Shown here piece after piece: positions 47,200 to 61,500 of a stretch of DNA of 64,000 bases. A program made the position numbers and the translations under genes. Under the pieces are notes generated by a model, which saw only the letters and a program-made list of their open reading frames with translations, had not been told where the DNA came from and did not search any database. Origin of the DNA: Eledone cirrhosa. Lineage: Eukaryota. The DNA is taken from contig OZ024743.1 in the NCBI GenBank assembly GCA_964016885.1, forward strand, positions 140,554,001-140,618,000. The letters run 5' to 3'. Every line of letters starts with the position of its first letter. The stretch's first letter is position 1.

Positions 47200-50100
47200 C
47201 ACCAAGAACCAAGCACCAAAACACCAAAAAACAAGCACCAAGCACTAAACACCAAGCACCAAGCACCAAGCATCAAGCACCAAGCACCAAGCACCAAGCA
47301 CCAAACACGAAGCACCAAGCACCAGGCACCAAACAGCAAACACCAAGCACCAAACACCAAGCACCAAGCACCAAACACCAAACACCAAGCACCAAGCACC
47401 AAACACCAAACACCAAGCACCAAACAGCAAACACCAAACAGCAAACACCAAACACCAAACACCAACCAGCAAACACCAAACACCAAACACCAAACCACAA
47501 ACACCAAACAGCAAACACCAAACAGCAAACACCAAACACCAATCACGAAGCCCCAAGCACCAAACACCAAGCACCAAGCACCAAGCACCCAGAACCAAGC
47601 ACCAAGCACCAAAGACCAAACACCAAGCACCAAGCACCAAACACCAAACACCTAGCACCAAGCACCAAGCACCAAGCACCAAACACCATGCACCAAGCAC
47701 GAAGCACCAAACACCAAGAACCAAGCACCAAAACACCAAAAACCAAGCACCAAGCACCAAACACCAAACACCAAGCACCAAACAGCAAGCATCAAGCACC
47801 AAGCACCAAGCACCAAGCACCAAACACCAATCATCATGCACCAAACAGCAAACACCAAGCACCAAACACCAAACACCAAGCACCAAGCACCAAACACCAA
47901 ACACCAAGCACCAAGCACCAAACACCAAACACCAAGCACCAAACAGCAAACACCAAACAGCAAACACCAAACACCAAACACCAACCAGCAAACACCAAAC
48001 ACCAAACACCAAACCACAAACACCAAACAGCAAACACCAAACAGCAAACACCAAACACCAATCACTAAGCCCCAAGCACCAAACACCAAGCACCAAGCAC
48101 CAAGCACCCAGAACCAAGCACCAAGCACCAAAGACCAAACACCAAGCACCAAGCACCAAACACCAAACACCAAGCACCAAGCACCAAGCACCAAACACCA
48201 TGCACCAAGCACGAAGCACCAAACACCAAGAACCAAGCACCAAAACACCAAAAACCAAGAACCAAGCACCAAAACACCAAAAACCAAGCACCAAGCACTA
48301 AACACCAAGCACCAAGCACCAAGCATCAAGCACCAAGCACCAAGCACCAAGCACCAAACACCAATCATCAAGCACCAAACAGCAAACACCAAGCACCAAA
48401 CACCAAACACCAAGCACCAAGCACCAAACACCAAACACCAAACACCAAACAGCAAACACCAAACAGCAAACACCAAACACCAAACACCAACCAGTAAACA
48501 CCAAACACCAAACCACAAACACCAAACAGCAAACACCAAACAGCAAACACCAAACACCAATCACCAAGCCCCAAGCACCAAACACCAAGCACCAAGCACC
48601 AAGCACCCAGAACCAAGCACCAAGCACCAAAGACCAAACACCAAGCACCAAGCACCAAACACCAAACACCAAGCACCAAGCACCAAGCACGAAGCACCAA
48701 ACACCAAAAACCAATCACCAAGCACCAAAGAGCAAACACCAAGCCCCAAGCACCAAACACCAAACACCAAACACCAAACAGCAAACACTAAACACCAAAC
48801 ACCAAACAGCAAACACCAAACACCAAATATCAAACACCAAACAGCAAACATCAAACAGCAAACAGCAAACACCAAACACCAACCAGCAAACACCAAACAG
48901 CAAACACCAAACAGCAAACGCCAAACAGCAAACACAAACACCAAACACCAAACACCAAGCACCAAGCACCAAGCACAAAACACCAAGCACCAAGCGCCAA
49001 ACACCAAACACCAAGCACCAAGCACCAAGCACCAAGCACCAAACACCAAACAGCAAACACCAAACAGCAAACAGCAAACAGCAAACACCAAACACCAAAC
49101 ACCAAGCACCAAACACCAAGCACCAAGCAACAAGCACCAATCAGCAAGCAGCATGCACTAAACACCAAACACCAAGCACCAAGCACCATGCACCAAACAC
49201 CAAGAACCAAGCACCAAAACACCAAAAACCAAGCACCAAGCACTAAACACCAAGCACCAAGCACCAAGCATCAAGCACCAAGCACCAAGCACCAAGCACC
49301 AAACACGAAGCACCAAGCACCAGGCACCAAACAGCAAACACCAAGCACCAAACACCAAGCACCAAGCACCAAACACCAAACACCAAGCACCAAGCACCAA
49401 ACACCAAACACCAAGCACCAAACAGCAAACACCAAACAGCAAACACCAAACACCAAACACCAACCAGCAAACACCAAACACCAAACACCAAACCACAAAC
49501 ACCAAACAGCAAACACCAAACAGCAAACACCAAACACCAATCACCAAGCCCCAAGCACCAAACACCAAGCACCAAGCACCAAGCACCCAGAACCAAGCAC
49601 CAAGCACCAAAGACCAAACACCAAGCACCAAGCACCAAACACCAAACACCTAGCACCAAGCACCAAGCACCAAGCACCAAGCACCAAACACCATGCACCA
49701 AGCACGAAGCACCAAACACCAAGAACCAAGCACCAAAACACCAAAAACCAAGAACCAAGCACCAAAACACCAAACACCAAGCACCAAGCACCAAACACCA
49801 AACACCAAGCACCAAACAGCAAGCATCAAGCACCAAGCACCAAGCACCAAGCACCAAACACCAATCATCAAGCACCAAACAGCAAACAACAAGCACCAAA
49901 CACCAAACACCAAGCACCAAGCACCAAACACCAAACACCAAGCACCAAGCACCAAACACCAAACACCAAGCACCAAACAGCAAACACCAAACAGCAAACA
50001 CCAAACACCAAACACCAACCAGCAAACACAAAACACCAAACACCAAACCACAAACACCAAACAGCAAACACCAAACAGCAAACACCAAACACCAATCACC

Positions 50101-51280
50101 AAGCCCCAAGCACCAAACACCAAGCACCAAGCACCAAGCACCCAGAACCAAGCACCAAGCACCAAAGACCAAACACCAAGCACCAAGCACCAAACACCAA
50201 ACACCAAGCACCAAGCACCAAGCACCAAACACCATGCACCAAGCACGAAGCACCAAACACCAAGAACCAAGCACCAAAACACCAAAAACCAAGAACCAAG
50301 CACCAAAACACCAAAAACCAAGCACCAAGCACTAAACACCAAGCACCAAGCACCAAGAATCAAGCACCAAGTACCAAGCACCAAGCACCAAACACCAATC
50401 ATCAAGCACCAAACAGCAAACACCAAGCACCAAACACCAAACACCAAGCACCAAGCACCAAACACCAAAAACCAAACACCAAACAGCAAACACCAAACAG
50501 CAAACACCAAACACCAAACACCAACCAGCAAACACCAAACACCAAACCACAAACACCAAACAGCAAACACCAAACAGCAAACACCAAACACCAATCACCA
50601 AGCCCCAAGCACCAAACACCAAGCACCAAGCACCAAGCACCCAGAACCAAGCACCAAGCACCAAAGACCAAACACCAAGCACCAAGCACCAAACACCAAA
50701 CACCAAGCACCAAGCACCAAGCACCAAGCACCAAACACCATGCACCAAGCACGAAGCACCAAACACCAAAAACCAATCACCAAGCACCAAAGAGCAAACA
50801 CCAAGCCCCAAGCACCAAACACCAAACACCAAACACCAAACAGCAAACACTAAACACCAAACACCAAACAGCAAACACCAAACACCAAATATCAAACACC
50901 AAACAGCAAACACCAAACAGCAAACAGCAAACACCAAACACCAACCAGCAAACACCAAACAGCAAACACCAAACAGCAAACGCCAAACAGCAAACACAAA
51001 CACCAAACACCAAACACCAAGCACCAAGCACCAAGCACAAAACACCAAGCACCAAGCGCCAAACACCAAACACCAAGCACCAAGCACCAAGCACCAAGCA
51101 CCAAACACCAAACAGCAAACACCAAACAGCAAACAGCAAACAGCAAACACCAAACACCAAACACCAAGCACCAAACACCAAGCACCAAGCAACAAGCACC
51201 AATCAGCAAGCAGCAAGCACTAAACACCAAACACCAAGCACCAAGCACCATGCACCAAACACCAAGCATGAAGCACCAAG
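47200..51280 (-). repeat. Tandem duplication of about 2.0 kb made of ~0.5-kb subunits
   Basis: Offsets +1998/+2034/+2062 (47273/49271, 47652/49650, 48368/50402, 48715/50777). Sub-marker CACCCAGAACC at 47586, 48105, 48604, 49584, 50139, 50638. Confidence 0.84.
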
Positions 51281-51854
51281 CACCAAACGCCAAGCACCAA
51301 GCAACAAACACCAAGCACCAAGCACCAAGCACCAAGCACCAAACACCAAGCACCAAAGACCAAGCACCAAATACCAAGCACCAAGCACCAAACACCAATC
51401 ACCAAGCCCCAAGCACCAAACACCAAGAATTAAGCACCAATCACTAAACACCAAACACCAAGCACCAAGCACCAAACTCCAAACACCAAACACCAAGCAC
51501 CAAGCACCAAATCCCAAGCACCAAACACCAAGCACCAAGCACCAAACACCAAACACCAAGCACCAAGCACCAGACACCAAGCACCAAGCACCAAGCACCA
51601 AGCACCAAAAACCAAGCACCAAGCTCCAAGCACCAAACACCAAGCACCAAACACCAAACACCAAGCACCAAGCACCAAACACCAAGCACCAAGCGCCAAA
51701 CACCAAACACCAAGAACAAAGTACCAAACACCAACCACCAACCACCAAGCACAAAACACCAAGCACCAAGCACCAATCACCAAACACCAAGCACCAAGCA
51801 CCAAACACCAAACACCAAGCACCAAGCACCAAACACCAAACACCAAGCCCCAAG

Positions 51855-52520
51855 CACCAAACACCAAACTCCTAGCACCAAGCACCAAGCACCAAACACC
51901 AAGCACCAAACACCAAGCACCAAGCACCAAGCACCAAGCACCAAACACCAATCACCAAGCCCCAAGCACCAAATAACAAGCACCAAGCACCAAGCACCCA
52001 GAACCAAGCACCAAGCACCAAGCTCCAAGCACCAAGCACCAAGCACCAAACACCAAACACCAAGCACCAAGCACCAAACACCAAGCACCAAGCGCCAAAC
52101 ACCAAACACCAAGCGCCAAGCACCAAACACCAAACACCAAGCACTAAGCACCAAACACCAAACACCAAGCACCAATCACCAAACACCAAGCACCAATCGC
52201 CAAACACCAAACACCAAACTCCTAGCACCAAGCACCAAGCACCAAACACCAAGCACCAAACACCAAGCACCAAGCACCAAGCACCAAGCACCAAACACCA
52301 ATCACCAAGCCCCAAGCACCAAATAACAAGCACCAAGCACCAAGCACCCAGAACCAAGCACCAAGCACCAAGCTCCAAGCACCAAGCACCAAGCACCAAA
52401 CACCAAACACCAAGCACCAAGCACCAAACACCAAGCACCAAGCGCCAAACACCAAACACCAAGAACAAAGTACCAAACACCAAGCACCAACCACCAAGCA
52501 CAAAACACCAAGCACCAAGC
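51855..52520 (-). repeat. 350-bp (50-unit) tandem duplication
   Basis: Offset +350 (51872/52222, 51952/52302). Shared AAACTCCTAGC and AAATAACAAGC variants. Confidence 0.78.
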
Positions 52521-52599
52521 ACCAAGCACCAAACACCAAGCACCAAGCACCAAGCACCAAACACCAAACACCAAGCGCCAAGCGCCAAACACCAAATAC

Positions 52600-55500
52600 C
52601 AAGCACCAAGCACTAAACACCAAACAGCAAGCACCAAGCACCAAGCACCAAGCACCAAGCACCAAACACCAAGTACCAAGCACCAAGCACCAAACACCAA
52701 ACACCAAACACCAAGCACCAAGCACCAAACACCAAACACCAAGCACCAAGCACCAGACACCAAGCACCAAGCACCAAGCACCAATCACCAAACACCAAGC
52801 ACGAAGCACCAAACACCAAACACCAAGCACCAAGCACCAAACACCAAATACCAAGCACGAAGCACCAAGCACCAAGCACCAAATACCAAACACCAAGCAA
52901 CAAGCACCAAACACCAAACACCAAACACCAGGCACCAAGCACCAAGCACCAAGCACCAAGCAAAAAACACAAAGCACCAAGCACCAAGCACCAAACACCA
53001 AACACCAAACACCAGGCACCAAGCACCAAGCAGCAAGCACCAAGCACCAAGCACAAAGCATCAAACACCAAACACCAAGCACTAAGCACCAAACACCAAA
53101 CACCAAGCACAAAGCACCAAAGAGCAAAAACAAAGCACCAAGCACCAAACACCAAACACCAAACACCAAACACCAAACAGCAAACACCAAACAGCAAAAA
53201 CCAAACAGCAAACAGCAAACACCAAACACCAAACACCAAGCACCAAGTACCAAGCACCAAACAACAACACCAAGCACCAAGCACCAAACACCACGCACCA
53301 AGCACCAAACACCAAACACCAAGCTCCAAGCACCAAACACCAAACACCAAGCACCAAGCAGCAAACACCAATCACCAAGCACCAAGCACCAAACACCAAG
53401 CACCAAACACCAAGCACCAATCACCAAACACCAAACACCAAGAACCAAGCACCAAACACCAAACACCAAGCACCTAGCACCAAACACCAAGCACCAAGCA
53501 CCAAGCAACAAACACCAAGCACCAAGCACCAAACACCAAGCACCAAGCACGAAACACAAAGCACCAAGCACCGAGCACCAAACACCAAGTACCAAGCACC
53601 AATCACCAAACACCAAGCACCAAGCACCAAACACCAAACACCAAACACCAAGCACCAAGCACCAAACACCAAACACCAAGAACCAAGCACCAAACACCAA
53701 ATACCAAGCACCAAGCACCAAACACCAAGCACCAAGCACCAAGCACAAAACACCAAGCACCAAGCGCTAAACATAAAACACTAAGCACCAAGCATCAAGC
53801 ACCAAGCACCAAACACCAAACATCAAACACCAATCACCAAACATCAAACAGCAAACACCAAACACCAAACACCAAACATCAAACAGCAAACAACAAACAA
53901 CAAATGCCAAACATCAAACGCCAAACACCAAACACCAAATAGCAAACACCAAACCGCAAACACCAAACACCAAACAGGAAACACCAAACACCAAACAGCG
54001 AACACCAAACAAAAACACCAAACACCAAGCACCAAGCACCAAGCACCAAACACCAAGCACCAAGCACCAAACACCAAAAACCAAGCACCAAGCACTAAAC
54101 ACCAAGCACCAAGCCCCGAGCACCAAACACCAAGTACCAAGCACCAATCACCAAACACCAAGCACCAAGCACCAAACACCAAACACCAAACACCAAGCAC
54201 CAAGCACCAAACACCAAACACCAAGAACCAAGCACCAAACACCAAACACCAGGCACCAAGGACCAAGCACCAAGCACCAAGCAAAAAACACAAAGCACCA
54301 AGCACCAAGCACCAAACACCAAACACCAAACACCAGGCACCAAGCACCAAGCAGCAAGCACCAAGCACCAAGCACAAAGCACCAAGCACCAAACACCACG
54401 CACCAAGCACCAAACACCAAACACCAAGCTCCAAGCACCAAACACCAAACACCAAGCACCAAGCAGCAAACACCAATCACCAAGCACCAAGCACCAAACA
54501 CCAAGCACCAAACACCAAGCACCAATCACCAAACACCAAACACCAAGAACCAAGCACCAAACACCAAACACCAAGCACCTAGCACCAAACACCAAGCACC
54601 AAGCACCAAGCAACAAACACCAAGCACCAAGCACCAAACACCAAGCACCAAGCACGAAACACAAAGCACCAAGCACCGAGCACCAAACACCAAGTACCAA
54701 GCACCAATCACCAAACACCAAGCACCAAGCACCAAACACCAAACACCAAACACCAAGCACCAAGCACCAAACACCAAACACCAAAAACCAAGCACCAAAC
54801 ACCAAATACCAAGCACCAAGCACCAAACACCAAGCACCAAGCACCAAGCACAAAACACCAAGCACCAAGCGCTAAACATAAAACACTAAGCACCAAGCAT
54901 CAAGCACCAAGCACCAAACACCAAACATCAAACACCAATCACCAAACATCAAACAGCAAACACCAAACACCAAACACCAAACATCAAACAGCAAACAACA
55001 AACAACAAATGCCAAACATCAAACGCCAAACACCAAACACCAAACAGCAAACACCAAACACCAAGCACCAAGCACCAAGCACCAAACACCAAGCACCAAG
55101 CACCAAACACCAAAAACCAAGCACCAAGCACTAAACACCAAGCACCAAGCCCCGAGCACCAAACACCAAGTACCAAGCACCAATCACCAAACACCAAGCA
55201 CCAAGCACCAAACACCAAACACCAAACACCAAGCACCAAGCACCAAACACCAAACACCAAGAACCAAGCACCAAACACCAAACACCAGGCACCAAGGACC
55301 AAGCACCAAGCACCAAGCCAAAAACACAAAGCACCAAGCACCAAGCACCAAACACCAAACACCAAACACCAGGCACCAAGCACCAAGCAGCAAGCACCAA
55401 GCACCAAGCACAAAGCACCAAACACCAAACACCAAGCACTAAGCACCAAAGAGCAAAAACAAAGCACCAAGCACCAAACACCAAACACCAAACACCAAAC

Positions 55501-58500
55501 ACCAAACAGCAAACACCAAACAGCAAACACCAAACAGCAAACAGCAAACACCAAACACCAAACACCAAGCACCAAGTACCAAGCACCAAACAACAACACC
55601 AAGCACCAAGCACCAAACACCAAGCACCAAGCACCAAACACCAAACACCAAGCTCCAAGCACCAAACACCAAATACCAAGCACCAAGCAGCAAACACCAA
55701 TCACCAAGCACCAAGCACCAAACACCAAGCACCAAACACCAAGCACCAACCACCAAACACCAAACACCAAGAACCAAGCACCAAACACAAAACACCAAGC
55801 ACCAAGCACCTAACACCAAGCACCAAGCACCAAGCACCAAACACCAAACACCAAACACCAAGCACCTAGCACCAAACACCAAGCACCAAGCACCAAGCAA
55901 CAAACACCAAGCACCAAGCACCAAACACCAAGCACCAAGCACGAAACACCAAGCACCAAGCACCGAGCACCAAACACCAAGTACCAAGCACCAATCACCA
56001 AACACCAAGCACCAAGCACCAAACACCAAACACCAAACACCAAGCACCAAGCACCAAACACCAAACACCAAGAACCAAGCACCAAACACCAAATACCAAG
56101 CACCAAGCACCAAACACCAAGCACCAAGCACCAAGCACAAAACACCAAGCACCAAGCGCTAAACATAAAACACTAAGCACCAAGCACCAAGCACCAAGCA
56201 CCAAACACCAAACATCAAACACCAATCACCAAACATCAAACAGCAAACACCAAACACCAAACACCAAACATCAAACACCAAACAGCAAACAACAAACAAC
56301 AAATGCCAAACATCAAACGCCAAACACCAAACACCAAATAGCAAACACCAAACCGCAAACACCAAACACCGAACAGGAAACACCAAACACCAAACAGCGA
56401 ACAACAAACAGCAAACACCAAACACCAAGCACCAAGCACCAAGCACAAAAGACCAAGCACCAAGCGCCAAACACCAAACACCAAGCACCAAGCACCAAAC
56501 ACCAAGCACCAAACACCAAACACCAATCACCAACCGCCAAACACCAAATACCAAGCACCAAGCACTAAACACCAAACACCAAGCACCAAGCACCAAGCAT
56601 CAAGCATCAAGCACCAAGCACCAAACACCAAGCACCAAGCACCAAGCACCAAGCACCAAACACCAAACACCAAGAACCAAGCACCAAACACCAAGCACCA
56701 AGCACCAAGCACAAAACACCAAGCACCAAGCGCTAAACATAAAACACTAAGCAACAAGCACCAAGCACCAAGCACCAAACACCAAACATCAAACACCAAT
56801 CACCAAACATCAAACAGCAAACACCAAACACCAAACACCAAACATCAAACAGCAAACAGCAAACAACAAACAACAAATGCCAAACATCAAACGCCAAACA
56901 CCAAACACCAAATAGCAAACACCAAACCGCAAACACCAAACACCAAACAGGAAACACCAAACACCAAACAGCGAACACCAAACAGCAAACACCAAACACC
57001 AAGCACCAAGCACCAAGCACAAAACACCAAGCACCAAGCGCCAAACACCAAACACCAAGCACCAAGCACCAAACACCAAGCACCAAACACTAAACACCAA
57101 TCACCAAGCGCCAAACACCAAATACCAAGCACCAAGCACTAAACACCAAACACCAAGCAACAGGCACCAAGCATCAAGCACCAAGCACCAAACACCAAGC
57201 ACCAAGCACCAAGCACCAAGCACCAAACACAAAACACCAAGTACCAAGCACCAAGCACCAAACACCAAACACCAAACACCAAGCACCAAGCACCAAACAC
57301 CAAACACCAAGCACCAAGCACCAGACACCAAGCACCAAGCACCAAGCACCAATCACCAAACACCAAGCACGAAGCACCAAACACCAAACACCAAGCACCA
57401 AGCACCAAACACCAAACACCAAGCACCAAGCACCAAACACCAAATACCAAGCACCAAGCACCAAGCACCAAGCACCAAACACCAAGCACCAAGCACCAAG
57501 CACCAAACACCAAGCACCAAACACCAAGCATCAGACACGAAGCACCAAGCACCAAGCACCAAACACCAAGCACCAAGCACCACACATCAAACACCAAGCA
57601 CCAAGCACCAAACACCAAACACCAAACACCAAACAGCAAACACCAAACAGCAAACACCAAACAGCAAACAGCAAACACCAAACACCAAACACCAAGCACC
57701 AAGCACCAAGCACCAAACAACAACACCAAGCACCAAGCACCAAACACCAAGCACCAAGCACCAAATACCAAACACCAAGCTCCAAGCACCAAACACCAAG
57801 CACCAAGCACCAAACACCAATCACCAAGCACCAAGCACGAAACCCCAAGCACCAAACACCAAGCACCAATCACCAAACACCAAACACCAAGAACCAAGCA
57901 CCAAACACCAAGCACCAAGCACCAAGCACCAAACACCAAGCACCAAGTACCAAACACCAAACACCAAGCACCAAGCACCAAGCACCAAACACCAAACACC
58001 AAGCACCAAGCACCAAACACTAAACACCAGGCTCCAAGTACAAAACACCAAGCACCAAGCACCAAGCACCAAACACCAAACACCAAACACCAAGCACCGA
58101 GCACCAAACACCAAGCACCAAGCACCAAGCACCAAACACCAAACACCAAGCTCCAAGCACCAAACACCAAACACCAAGCCCAAAGCACCAAAGAGCAGAA
58201 ACAAAACACCAAGCACCAAACACCAAACACCAAGCACCAAACACCAAACAGCCAACACCAAACAGCAAACACCAAACACCAAATAGCAAAAACCAAAGAG
58301 CAAACTCCAAACACCAAACAGCAAACACAAAACACCAAACAGCAAACACCAAACAGCAAACTCCAAACACCAAACACCAAGCACCAAGCACCAAATACCA
58401 AGCACCAAACACCAAGCACCAATCACCAAACACCAAACACCAAGCACCAAGCACCAAACACCAAAAACCAAGCACCAAACACCAAGCACCAAGCACGAAA

Positions 58501-61500
58501 CACCAAGCACCAAGCACCGAGCACCAAACACCATGTACCAAGCACCAATCACCAAACACCAAGCACCAAGCACCAAACACCAAACACCAAACACCAAGCA
58601 CCAAGCACCAAACACCAAACACCAAGAACCAACCACCAAACACCAAATACCAAGCACCAAGCACTAAACACCAAACACCAAGCACCAAGCACCAAGCATC
58701 AAGCACCAAGCACCAAACACCAAGCACCAAGCACCAAGCACCAAGCACCAAACACAAAACACCAAGTACCAAGCACCAAGCACCAAACACCAAACACCAA
58801 ACACCAAGCACCAAGCACCAAACACCAAACACCAAGCACCAAGCACCAGACACCAAGCACCAAGCACCAAGCACCAAGGACCAAACACCAAACACCAAAC
58901 ACCAAACACCAGGCACAAAGCACCAAACACCAAGCACCAAGCACCAAAAACCAAAGACCAAGCACAAAGCACCAAAGAGCAAACACCAAACAGCAAACAC
59001 CAAACACCAAACACCAAACAGCAAACACCAAACAGCAAACACCAAACACCAAATAGCAAACACCAAAGGGCAAACTCCAAACACCAAACAGCAAACACAA
59101 AACACCAAACAGCAAACAACAAACAGCAAACACCAAAGAGCAAACAGCAAACACCAAACACCAAACACCAAGCACCAAGCACCAAGCACCAAACACCAAC
59201 ACCAAGCACCAAGCACCAAACACCAAGCACCAAGCACCAAACACCAAACACCAAGCTCCAAGCACCAAACACCAAACACCAAGCACCAAGCACCAAACAC
59301 CAATCACCAAGCACCAAGCACCAAACCCCAAGCACCAAACACCAAGCACAAAACACCAAGCACCAAGCACCAAACACAAAACATCAAACACCAATCACCA
59401 AACATCAAACAGCAAACACCAAACACCAAACACCAAACATCAAACACCAAACAGCAAACAACAAACAACAAACGCCAAACATCAAACGCCAAACACCAAA
59501 CACCAAATAGCAAACACCAAACCGCAAACACCAAACACCAAACACCAAACACCAAACACCAAGCACCTAGCACCAAACACCAAGCACCAAGCACCAAGCA
59601 ACAAACACCAAGCACCAAGCACCAAACACCAAGCACCAAGCACGAAACACCAAGCACCAAGCACCGAGCACCAAACACCAAGTACCAAGCACCAATCACC
59701 AAACACCAAGCACCAAGCACCAAACACCAAACACCAAACACCTAGCACCAAGCACCAAACACCAAACACCAAGAACCAAGCACCAAACACCAAATACCAA
59801 GCACCAAGTACTAAACACCAAACACCAAGCACCAAGCACCAAGCATCAAGCACCAAGCACCAAACACCAAGCACCAAGCACCAAGCACCAAGCACCAAAC
59901 ACAAAACACCAAGTACCAAGCACCAAGCACCAAACACCAAACACCAAACACCAAGCACCAAGCACCAAACACCAAATACCAAGCTCCAAGCACCAAACAC
60001 CAAATACCAAGCACCAAGCAACAAACACCAATCACCAAGCACCAAGCACCAAACCCCAAGCACCAAACACCAAGCACCAATCACCAAACACCAAACACCA
60101 AGAACCAAGCACCAAACACCAAGCACCAAGCACCAAGCACAAAACACCAAGCACCAAGCGCTAAACATAAAACACTAAGCACCAAGCACCAAGCACCAAG
60201 CACCAAACACCAAACATCAAACACCAATCACCAAACATCAAACAGCAAACACCAAACACCAAACACCAAACATCAAACACCAAACAGCAAACAACAAACA
60301 ACAAATGCCAAACTTCAAACGCCAAACACCAAACACCAAATAGCAAACACCAAACCGCAAACACCAAACACCAAACAGGAAACACCAAACACCAAACGGC
60401 GAACACCAAACAGCAAACACCAAACACCAAGCACCAAGCACCAAGCACAAAACACCAAGCACCAAGCGCCAAACACCAAACACCAAGCACCAAGCACCAA
60501 ACACCAAGCACCAAACACCAAACACCAATCACCAAGCGCCAAACACCAAATACCAAGCACCAAGCACTAAACACCAAACACCAAGCACCAAGCACCAAGC
60601 ATCAAGCACCAAGCACCAAACACCAAGCACCAAGCACCAAGCACCAAGCACCAAACACAAAACACCAAGTACCAAGCACCAAGCACCAAACACCAAACAC
60701 CAAACACCAAGCACCAAGCACCAAACACCAAACACCAAGCACCAAGCACCAGACACCAAGCACCAAGCACCAAGCACCAATCACCAAACACCAAGCACGA
60801 AGCACCAAACACCAAACACCAAGCACCAAGCACCAAACACGAAACACCAAGCACCAAGCACCAAGCACCAAACACCAAGTACCAAGCACCAAGCACCAAA
60901 CACCAAACACCAAACACCAAGCACCAAGCACCAAACACCAAACACCAAGCACCAAGCACCAGACACCAAGCACCAAACACCAAGCACCAATCACCAAACA
61001 CCAAGCACGAAGCACCAAATACCAAACACCAAGCACCAAGCACCAAACACCAAACACCAAGCACCAAGCACCAAACACCAAATACCAAGCACCAAGCACC
61101 AAGCACCAAACACCAAGCACCAAGCACCAAGCACCAAGCACGAAGCACCAAATACCAAACACCAAGCACCAAGCACCAAACACCAAACACCAAGCACCAA
61201 GCACCAAACACCAAATACCAAGCACCAAGCACCAAGCACCAAACACCAAGCACCAAGCACCAAGCACCAAGAACCAAGCACCAAATACCAAGCACCAGAC
61301 ACGAAGCACCAATCACCAAATACCAAACACCAAGCACCAAGCACCAAACACCAAACACCAAACACCAGGCACCAAGCACCAATCACCAAGCACCAAGCAA
61401 AAACACAAAGCACCAAGCACCAAGCACCAAACACCAAACACCAAACACCAGGCACCAAGCACCAAGCAGCAAGCACCAAGCACCAAGCACCAAGCACCAA

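Noticed and set aside
39571-51875. Long ORFs encoding (PSTKHQA/PNTKHQT)n, up to 895 aa, superficially like mucin or RNA polymerase II CTD heptads
   Set aside because: These are simply the translation of the complementary satellite strand, open in all frames. The heptad is not YSPTSPS, and the starts are chance variants.
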